Below the pieces are notes generated by a model that saw only the letters and a program-made list of their open reading frames with translations, was not told the origin of the DNA and searched no databases. From Perna viridis (Eukaryota), in the NCBI GenBank assembly GCA_037379345.1, contig CM074514.1:52390001-52454000 (forward strand): a stretch of DNA of 64,000 nucleotides. Direction: 5' to 3'. Below, piece by piece: positions 50,001 through 60,646 of the stretch. Position 1 is the stretch's first letter, and the number at the start of each line of letters is the position of its first letter. Made by a program: the position numbers and the translations under genes.

Positions 50001-51336
50001 ATCTTCTTATAACTATTCTCTGTTACTGTAGAACGGCCAATTTTGTCTATTCGACACTCAGTCAGGGAGTAATATAAAGTACTTGACTATAAGTAAAGTA
50101 AAAACGTCCGTTCAAGAAATGAGTAATTACCAAAAAAACTTCACATATTTGAAATGGATTTCTCTCCCCTATACTATAATACCCATGATTTGTTAAAGTG
50201 GGCGCTGTCCGGTTATGACCTTTTCAAATCGCTTATGTTAGTAATTAAGGTTCATGTATCATATAATTTTAGAGCTAGAATAGTGAAAAGTAACGATATA
50301 CATGTAAGTAATTATAAACGGTAGTCTTGTTATTTGTTAATTTTCGTACATGTAACATCCTCGTCACTATAGACCGTGATTTCGGACACTTGTATGGTTA
50401 CAATGCCTGTAATCGAATTAAGAATTAATCGTTATTAAGAACGGAACTTTCAATTGTTGAAATGATCCATACGACAAGGCATACAAAAATCACTAAGTTA
50501 AAGTGTCGCGGGGATCGCTTTTGGTTGTTATGACTTGAATCTTCAAGGAATGAGGACCAAAAAGTGCCTGCTGTACAGATAATAATCTGAGTGAAAGTGA
50601 AGGGGTCTCATTTATTTTGTACCAAAGGTGCCATTCTTGATCTTCTAAGGAAAGCTGGACGTTTTGCTCATTGAGGACTGAGGCTGTGGCGAATCTAATC
50701 AAATTCTTTCCTTATGTCAAGTAATTAATTACGTTCAAAATTTAGATCTATATCAAGCTTAAATGATGAGTCCATACGGGCCTTAACTGTTCAGGGTTCG
50801 ATCTCTGCGGTCGTATCAAGCAGCACGCTGCGAAACATTTTATTATAAGTTGATTAAAAGGCTACTTTTTTCATGGTGAGCGAATTAGTCTCTCTAGTGA
50901 TCACAATCTGTTATGTAGTTCTTAGTCACTTGTGTCAAGCTCAGCTCAGTCCGTGCAATTGTTTTATCTTGGGGGTTTTGATAGCCCTTGAAAAGTTTTG
51001 AAAAACTACAACAATTTTTTTCTTCACTTTCAGGGAATTCGTAACGCGGCAGCCCTCGTGTAACCCTGAAGATACACAAACATTTCAATGCTATCTATAG
51101 CTATTGTTTTATCAATAAGACGCAGTGAAATTGTAGAGGTGTAAAGAGGAGGATACCCGTCACTTTTGGGATGGAAATCAGATTAGCACGTATTTAAAAT
51201 CTGATAATAAATCTCTATAAATCATGCCTTGACAGACACGGTTTTAAAACAGTTACCTCCAAAGCTAAAAATTTTTTTCATATATTTTACCAAACGATGA
51301 AATCTTCCTTGTAACAGTTGAACTTCTATTCTTATC

Positions 51337-52905
51337 ATTGAGTCGTGTCCCCTTCTGCCGGATTTATTGATTGAGATATTTTCTTACTTGCCTCAAACCG
51401 ATAAACAAAAACTTTACAAAGTAAGTAGTCACCCTTCGTGGAGGGAAGACATATGGTTAGCACCAAAGTTGTGGAGATATGTTTCGTTTACCTATTATGA
51501 CAATTCATCTGATTATAATGGAGAAAAACGCTGATTTTCCCGAGTTCTTATCACTGATACCTCACACTCATAGTCATATACATGAGTTAAATTTGGATGA
51601 ATATCAATTTAAAGAAATAATTGGAACAAATCCCGAATTAGAGTTCGAAAGTTTGAAGAGCTTCAAAATTCACATTAATGGAAAATCAATGAACCCTAGG
51701 AAAATATAGTTAGAGCCTTTCCTATGTTAGAAGATATTCATTTACTGACACTTGATTTCGTCGAAGCAGACGCAAGTTTTTTTCGCTGTCTGTCGGCTTT
51801 ACGGTTGAAAAAGCTTACATTGTTCAACTGTAGACCCGATCGAAGAGAAGTGAAGTACTTTGACGAGAGCGTCAGGCATATGTTAACATCTCTGCCTAAT
51901 TTGACAGAGCTTTCACTTTTTACTTGTGACAAAATGGATTCACTTACGTTACAATACGTTTTCAAATATTGTAGAATGTTGAAGACGTATTCGTTTTCTG
52001 CTCCAACGGGTCTTTCAAATGACGCGTTCGAGTCGGAATTCACGCCGCTTTTACTCGAAGAAGTAAAGATAGCTACTTGCAACGATATGGACGACACGTT
52101 CTTATTTAATCTTGCTAAACGATCACAGAATCTCACGAACTTTACTATGGACCAATGTAATGAAGTGACGTCACAGGACATTATGTATTTAACGCAGTTT
52201 TGTCGAAATTTACATGAAATAGCCTTAAAATATTATAACTGGGATATTTTTGGTAGCGAAGGAATAGGTTATACATGTACATCAAAGATCTGTCGAAAAC
52301 TACAGAAGTTCCAATGCCGACAAGCTGTTGATATCACAGGATCTGACATGATTTCATTCGCTCAGGCCTGTGTCCAGCTCAGAGAACTCACGTTACATCA
52401 TTGTGCTCTAATTACGGATACAGTTTTGGTCGAAATCACACAAAAAAATGCAAATTTATAATAGTTGTTCAGCTGTCGCATTCAAAAGCGATCACATTGT
52501 TTGTGGTTTTGATCATTGTTCTAGAAGGGAAACAAATGAAAAGGCTGCTTTTTCAAGGGTCTTCTCGAGTGCATGACGTACCTGGTTTAGGAACGGAACC
52601 GGAAGTGGAAGATACCACGTGGGAATCTAGCGTTATTCGATCAGCAAGGAAACAAATGCAAGAAAATGTGGATTAAAAGAAAATGCATCATTCTTCTGCC
52701 CTTACTCGTTTATACATTGAGGCTGAAAAGTGCAAAGCAAAGTTTGATGCAGTACAGTTGATTGCTAAATTGTGTCCCAGTATCCGGAAATTGTCGATAC
52801 GTCGGTTTTTCTTTGGTGGTTTAGGCAGATTGTTATAAACAGCTTAAGTCATTTTGTATTTTCCTAGAGTCTGTATCACTCGAAGGGAAGTACATTCAGT
52901 TTTGA
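51337..52905 (+). pseudogene. Pseudogene paralogue of the F-box/LRR gene
   Basis: Full-length colinear similarity to 37985-39556; ATG changed to ATT (51337), frameshifts near 51517, 51700, 52445 and 52828, premature TAA at 52674. Upstream 50930-51320 also matches 37572-37955. Confidence 0.9.
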
Positions 52906-55900
52906 GTCAGTTTCCTGCAAATAGATATATCATTGATTCAATTGAGTTGTACGTATGCTTTCGATCTACTCACGAGGAACTATCACATGGTTAACGAAAG
53001 CTATATTTTATATAGCCTAGTTGGCCGGATGGTGTAGAGCGTTGGACTTAGTGCAGGCGGTGTTGCCCTAGTGTCAGAGAAGAAGAGGGATTCGAATCCC
53101 GCTGAGGGAACGACCAAATTTGAATCGCTGATTTGCAACCTCGCTCCGATTCTAGAGTTGGGGTGTAGCTTATATAATTCCCAACGATGTTAGTATTGTC
53201 AAATTTGCGAAGCAAATTTTTGGTCGTTCCCTCCGCGGGACTCGAACTCGTAGCGCTGTGACATCTATGGCAACACCGCCTGCATTAAGTCCAGCGCCCT
53301 AGACCACTCAGCCAGCTAGGCTATATAAAAGTATAGCTTTCGCTGGCCGGGTCATTCCTCCTCGTAGGATTAATCTAGGGCTGTAACTTAGTACACGATG
53401 TATGGTAGTACGGGACAGTTCATCTAGGTGTTATTATGTAGGATGGAGGATCAAATTAATGATGCATGTCACAACAAATCAATATTATACAACGTCTCAG
53501 AATGTGACGACTCTATTCGCTGCACTGCTCCATCGGATCAAATTGATACAGGGAAGATAACGTAAACTTATAGAAGGGTCTGAAAAATACCCAACGATGT
53601 TAGAACTGGTCGTTCCCTCCGCGGGACTCGAACTCGTAGCGCTGTGACATCTATGGCAACACCGTCTGCACTAAGTCCAGCGCACTAGACCACTCGGCCA
53701 GCTAGGCGATATAAAATTATAGCTTTCGCTGGCCGGGTCATTCCTCCTCGTAGTATTGTGTTTTCTCCATTTCTTCATCAAATGGTCACTGTAAATTACT
53801 GAATTCGAGATTTTTTAAGAGTTCTGCATGAAGACCCCTTTTATGGAATACAGGGGAATTTCCATTCTATTTCGAGCTCATTGTATTTTAGAAGCCGGTG
53901 TCGCACTGCAAGGTAGTAAATCCCACATAATATTTTCAGGGCTATTTGTGTATAGATGCAGCTTTTGTGTGATGCAGTCTTCTGGTTACACATAAGGTAG
54001 AAGCTACATAGCACATTGAACTTAGTGATATTAGCATTGAAGCCTATGGGAAGTGACATTAGTTGTTTGTATCCTTAATATAATGTATCAGGAAGCGGTT
54101 GAAAATTGGGTTTAAGTTGGGTTCAATATATGCACCAGGGTTAAAGCGACAACTTAATTCAAGAGTCAATACCAAAAAAAACCGTTTTAAAGTATATTTT
54201 CTGTCCACTTAATCCATCAACAATTATTTATCAAAATATTCTTTTATTTTGAGCAAAATTTACGGTTTCATGTCAACTAAAGTAGTATGTACATATTTGA
54301 TTATTAACCAATAATTTTTGTCAAGACAAATTTTATCTTCCTATTGGTAAACACTACAAAAATCATAGTGTCCCGTGTTGTTTCCTGACTACTTACATCT
54401 ATAAATTTGTTGACACAAGAACTAGGCTTCTGAACAGTTGGAAGAAGTAGGTTGGTCATTTTTGTGAATTCTTGTTGAACTACTACATGTAAGTGTTAGT
54501 AAGAATCAGGCAGTGGGTGAAACATGGTATGACAAAATCCAACATTTTGGAAGTTAAACTTGACTATTTGCACCATCAGAATGTAGGGAAAAAACATGAT
54601 TTTCCATAAAATTTTGCTAAATTGAGTTATAATTTCATTGAAATGTACTGAAAATGAACATTTCAAGGGCAGATAACTCTGTCAAAAAAATCTGTTTTCT
54701 AGCATTCTTTTGAAAAATTTCTCAGTAAATCCAGTTGATGCAGTACAGTTGATTGCTAAATTGTGTCCCAGTATCCGGAAATTGTCGATACGTCGGTTTT
54801 TCTTTGGTGGTTTAGGCAGATTGTTATAAACAGCTTAAGTCATTTTGTATTTTCCTAGAGTCTGTATCACTCGAAGGGAAGTACATTCAGTTTTGAGTCA
54901 GTTTCCTGCAAATAGATATATCATTGATTCAATTGAGTTGTACGTATGCTTTCGATCTACTCACGAGGAACTATCACATGGTTAACGAAAGCTATATTTT
55001 ATATAGCCTAGTTGGCCGGATGGTGTAGAGCGTTGGACTTAGTGCAGGCGGTGTTGCCCTAGTGTCAGAGAAGAAGAGGGATTCGAATCCCGCTGAGGGA
55101 ACGACCAAATTTGAATCGCTGATTTGCAACCTCGCTCCGATTCTAGAGTTGGGGTGTAGCTTATATAATTCCCAACGATGTTAGTATTGTCAAATTTGCG
55201 AAGCAAATTTTTGGTCGTTCCCTCCGCGGGACTCGAACTCGTAGCGCTGTGACATCTATGGCAACACCGCCTGCATTAAGTCCAGCGCCCTAGACCACTC
55301 AGCCAGCTAGGCTATATAAAAGTATAGCTTTCGCTGGCCGGGTCATTCCTCCTCGTAGGATTAATCTAGGGCTGTAACTTAGTACACGATGTATGGTAGT
55401 ACGGGACAGTTCATCTAGGTGTTATTATGTAGGATGGAGGATCAAATTAATGATGCATGTCACAACAAATCAATATTATACAACGTCTCAGAATGTGACG
55501 ACTCTATTCGCTGCACTGCTCCATCGGATCAAATTGATACAGGGAAGATAACGTAAACTTATAGAAGGGTCTGAAAAATACCCAACGATGTTAGAACTGG
55601 TCGTTCCCTCCGCGGGACTCGAACTCGTAGCGCTGTGACATCTATGGCAACACCGTCTGCACTAAGTCCAGCGCACTAGACCACTCGGCCAGCTAGGCGA
55701 TATAAAATTATAGCTTTCGCTGGCCGGGTCATTCCTCCTCGTAGTATTGTGTTTTCTCCATTTCTTCATCAAATGGTCACTGTAAATTACTGAATTCGAG
55801 ATTTTTTAAGAGTTCTGCATGAAGACCCCTTTTATGGAATACAGGGGAATTTCCATTCTATTTCGAGCTCATTGTATTTTAGAAGCCGGTGTCGCACTGC

Positions 55901-56725
55901 AAGGTAGTAAATCCCACATAATATTTTCAGGGCTATTTGTGTATAGATGCAGCTTTTGTGTGATGCAGTCTTCTGGTTACACATAAGGTAGAGGCTACAT
56001 AGCACATTGAACTTAGTGATATTAGCATTGAAGCCTATGGGAAGTGACATTAGTTGTTTGTATCCTTAATATAATGTATCAGGAAGCGGTTGAAAATTGG
56101 GTTTAAGTTGGGTTCAATATATGCACCAGGGTTAAAGCGACAACTTAATTCAAGAGTCAATACCAAAAAAAACCGTTTTAAAGTATATTTTCTGTCCACT
56201 TAATCCATCAACAATTATTTATCAAAATATTCTTTTATTTTGAGCAAAATTTACGGTTTCATGTCAACTAAAGTAGTATGTACATATTTGATTATTAACC
56301 AATAATTTTTGTCAAGACAAATTTTATCTTCCTATTGGTAAACACTACAAAAATCATAGTGTCCCGTGTTGTTTCCTGACTACTTACATCTATAAATTTG
56401 TTGACACAAGAACTAGGCTTCTGAACAGTTGGAAGAAGTAGGTTGGTCATTTTTGTGAATTCTTGTTGAACTACTACATGTAAGTGTTAGTAAGAATCAG
56501 GCAGTGGGTGAAACATGGTATGACAAAATCCAACATTTTGGAAGTTAAACTTGACTATTTGCACCATCAGAATGTAGGGAAAAAACATGATTTTCCATAA
56601 AATTTTGCTAAATTGAGTTATAATTTCATTGAAATGTACTGAAAATGAACATTTCAAGGGCAGATAACTCTGTCAAAAAAATCTGTTTTCTAGCATTCTT
56701 TTGAAAAATTTCTCAGTAAATCCAG
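52744..56725. repeat. Near-perfect tandem duplication, period 1991 bp
   Basis: 52744-54734 equals 54735-56725 (ORFs at 53841 and 55832 are offset by 1991); one substitution seen (54002 A vs 55993 G); junction microhomology TGATGCAG. Confidence 0.95.
52968..53753. mobile_element. Cluster of three tRNA-Leu-derived repeats (one +, two -); duplicated at 54959-55744
   Basis: A box TGGC(C/T)G..TGG, 5' half like tRNA-Leu(TAG) (TGGCCGAGTGGTCTAG.GCGCTGGACTTAG), B box TTCGA.TCC; acceptor and anticodon stems do not close. Heads at about 53015-53110 (+), 53227-53323 (-) and 53612-53708 (-). Confidence 0.75.
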
Positions 56726-57287
56726 TGATGCAGAGATTGAAGGAGGGTGTTTTCAGTTAGAGAAAGCATCGTTGAATGAAATTATATCATGAGTTCGGTT
56801 GGGTTTTGATACGCATGCTTCTAATTTTTCCCATTTTGCCTGATTCTTATAAAAACTTGCACTTAAGTATATTTGGTATTTTTTCCACGTGGGTGAATTC
56901 CCTTGTATTACTATTGCATTTATGTAACTTATATCAGTACACAAAGAACAGTTACTGTTCTGACAGAAATTGCATGAGCATCATTTCATTTATCTGTAGC
57001 TAAGTTATAATAGTTTAAGAGATGGTTGGTCCGTATTTGGAAGATTGGAATATTTAGGAGGATACTTTAAGATGTTCTCCGTGTCACTGCGTTTTCAAGT
57101 ACTTCTTAGTACAATCTAATAGTGAAAGTTATATTGTAAAATATGTTGTATAGATTATCAATTCTTACACGACATGCTTCAAAGCTCTTTAGACCACAGC
57201 TATGGTGAAAAGGTGATTTGAAAAAATAAACAATACATTAAATTTGTATATACATGTAGTCTCAATAATTTTTTTTATTGTCGTTGA

Positions 57288-57667
57288 GAGAGTAATCAAG
57301 GGAACCAACATTCTAGCGGAAATCAAAAGACTGTTATCCAGGGACAATGACCAGACACTGAAAACAGACACATGCAACAAAGAACATATAATAACCAAAA
57401 TAATACACACAAATTAACAACAGTAAACTCGGACTCCACTAAAAACTGGGAGCATGGACCAGGTACACTGGTAGGGTAAGCGTCCTCTGTTTTTCTAGAA
57501 ACATCCATCGAGTTGTTCATAAAAAGTCGAGTCCAGGAATGGGAAACTATGACACGTTGAACAAATCAGTTTTCGTGATGCAGATGAATACACTGTAACG
57601 ATCCACGAGTTCATGATGGCGACCATAAAACTTCTGTAGTGATGACTTCAATCTTGTAGCAACATAA
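57288..57667 (-). mobile_element. Naiad-like Penelope 3' fragment
   Basis: Reverse complement gives YVATRLKSSLQKFYGRHHELVDRYSVFICITKTDLF followed by the terminal element. Confidence 0.75.
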
Positions 57668-57944
57668 TTTTCATGAGAAGTGTCATATCAACGGAACATC
57701 TAAATATTACTATTCGTTCTTTTTAGTATTTCCTTTCTGTTCCCAAATATTTGATGAAGGGTGTAATTAAAAAATTACCAAACTGGTAAAATCTTATCAG
57801 ACTGTAGTCAAAATGGCAACAAATGGCAATATCAGGGGAAAAATCGGAAAGTTGGAAAACCATCGCAATGGGCGTGACTTGGTAAACCAAGTTTTATAAC
57901 GCGCTAAACCTCCCGCTACCGTATTGGTTCATTATTTCCGGTAT

Positions 57945-58354
57945 TCCCGACTTCCGGACCAACATTTTGTCAACATTTATCTCCCTTTGGAGCAGGTGTC
58001 TATTCGGGACACGTAAGGTTTTCCATCCGATATCGACGATACTTCAGAAAATCCCGAAAGTTAAAAGGGAATTTCTCGTTCTACTGACCCTGCCATAAAT
58101 TTTCTTTACCCGAGATACAAATGAAAATCATCCTTATGTAACCTACCAACAAAATGAAACACCCTGTTAATTTTAGAAACACCGTTGTGTTTGTCTGCTG
58201 GGGATTCCATTTGCATTCGAGTTACCTCTTTTTTTCTGCACCAGAATCCGAACATCGGTTAGAGAGACTTCGAAATTACACCTGCTCTTACGGGTGGTAA
58301 CTCTGAAAAAAGCATGATAAAATATGGCTGCATCCCGAGCTTCGCAAGTAGGGA
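57945..58354 (+). mobile_element. MITE copy (410 bp)
   Basis: TCCCGACTT...AAGTAGGGA flanked by TAT and ATA. Confidence 0.85.
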
Positions 58355-60557
58355 ATATTTCAACACAAACGTCAAATTGCCACCAATAACAAGCGGTAAA
58401 ACCAATAGTCAAAACAGTACATAAAATATAAACAATAAATAAGTGAAATGAAAGCAATTAAATAAAATCAACAATATGTAAACCATAGCCATGAGTTTCA
58501 AAAAAATTGAAATGATAGTAAAACAAGTAAAAACTACATAAAATTAAATTGTAGACTTTATGAAAATCCATCATCTATGATCTCATTGTCAGAAACAGAA
58601 TAATTTTCAATGAAATATGGATATCGGAAATAAAGATTTTTAGGTAGCGTATAGACGTATTGTCTCTTAGGCAACCGTGGCGTCTAGTCGCTACTAATTC
58701 TGGCATACCTTAACACCTAAGAATTATACACACCAAATGCTGGGCTAGCTGGTATATCACTTCACAAGAAAGGGGAATTTATAATTTTAAATACAAAATC
58801 GTCTCGTTTGACATGTATTTTTGTACTTAGATTACTACTGTTGCCAAATTCGAGGTGAAGGTCGAATAGCTGTGTCGTGTCATCTTCCTTTATTGTTACT
58901 AAGTAACTTCATCAGTAACATGGAAGATGTTGAAGGGAAAAAAACCGACATTCTTTATCCAAACTCATATTTTGTAATCCTAAGTATCTGTAAAAAGTTA
59001 CCCACTTAAAAAAAAAATGAGCGAAGACATCCTATATTAAATTCCTCTTATAACTTCTCTCCTTTTACCATTACGAAGTGGAAAGGATTAAGAAGATCAC
59101 TGAAGTTAGTTTTTTTTTCTAATTCTTGGCTTTCATAAGATTTTTTTTAAAATGGTAACATAAAAGAAGTGTCGTCATGATACACAAGGTGGCGCGGTAT
59201 TATGTGATACACTCCGAAATGTTGCGTATCCGTACGTCTATATCCGTCCCTCGATGGTTTCCAGATGATAACTTGAGGACGGATCAATTATTATTTTTTT
59301 TTAACTTTGCACAGTCGTTAAGTACCATAAAATACATGTTTAGGTCAATTGTCAGCAAAATCACAGATGTAGTTTTTGAGTTATGCAATTTTGAACATTT
59401 TGCAATCCAGATATTTTTGTTCCCAGTAGGATACAAATGAAGGCTAATACTAAAAAGAATCCGAGGATATTTTTGGTAAAAAATCCTTCTTAAGTGTTAT
59501 GTATAAAGGTACAAATCATCACGAAATGGATGAGTGGGAGTGTCATGGTGAACCCCCTACTTTTGTTTGCAAAGACAAACATATCATGTTTCAAGCAGAA
59601 AAAAACACCAGATTACTGTTTTATTAAGCTATATATAAGTACGGTAAGTTACTTCACCATTGAGTCTCGGTAAATATAACAACACAATGGCGTCACCAGT
59701 ATCGCTAGATGTCTCAACTATATGTGTAGTTTGGCCTTGATCGAGATACTGGACTCAATCCGATGTTCAGACTGTCAAATACCAAAAATAGACCGAAAAA
59801 AAATCACAAAGAAGTCCAGGTTGAAAAATAAATACAAGAAGTCGCCCCTCTACGAGCCATTATACGAAAAAGTCAAAATTCCAATTTAAAAAATATATCA
59901 CAAATGTTCCTTTGACCAACAGTTATAGTTTAATACAAAATACGACATTAATGAAAGCCTAGATATTTGTGACTCAAATGATCAGACGTCTAAATCTCAC
60001 TGAGACATAACAAATGAAGTCAATCAACGTATCCAGGTACCATCACGTAGCTCAATGCGTTAAATGCAAATTATATATCCTATCCCAACGAAAATCTCTT
60101 AAATTGACAATAGTGTGATCAAATATCTGGAGCGAAGTTCTGATAGATGGCGAGGCCGGGTTGATATGTATATAATTTGAGTGATACTTTTAACGTTTTG
60201 TCATTAAAGTTTTAAAATTTTCCAGTATTACTAACATTAATCCTAAGTATTTATAAAATTTCACACATCCTGTTTTATCTTCACCAATATGGTATGTAAG
60301 TCTCGCCATGGGACTTCGTAGTTTCACGAGAATATCGTCTTTGTCTACTATACCGGCATTCAAATCTATTGAGATTTGTCATTTTCAGAGCGTTGGGTTC
60401 AGTATATTAAAGGAAAACATATATTTCGTGTAAAAATATCAATAAAAATGACATATATTTATTTCCACATGATAAAAGTGTAAAGGAAAAGAGTAAAATA
60501 GACGATTTTGCATAGTAATACAGTGTATTCACAAAGATCCCGGAAGTAAACAACAAA

Positions 60558-60607
60558 ATGCAGACCGCAGTCTTCAGATTTCAATACCTTCTGCATCAGA
60601 AATTCCG
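60558..60607 (+). CDS. Candidate first coding exon of a gene continuing beyond the hAT insertion or the window
   Basis: ETS-type CCGGAAGT at 60540, AACAAAATG context, MQTAVFRFQYLLHQKF(R), donor CG|GTAAGG. No downstream exon identified. Confidence 0.3.
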
Positions 60608-60646
60608 GTAAGGAAAATGAAACTAGGACGAGACTTACAGACCTTA

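Noticed and set aside
53015-53708. Functional tRNA-Leu genes, or an HDV-like ribozyme at TCCTCCTCGTAGGA
   Set aside because: Acceptor and anticodon stems do not pair; the HDV-like loop has no matching P1/P2 partners that I could find.
59687-59890. ATGGCG-initiated reading frame
   Set aside because: Stops after 17 codons, and the continuation has further stops and no recognisable domain.
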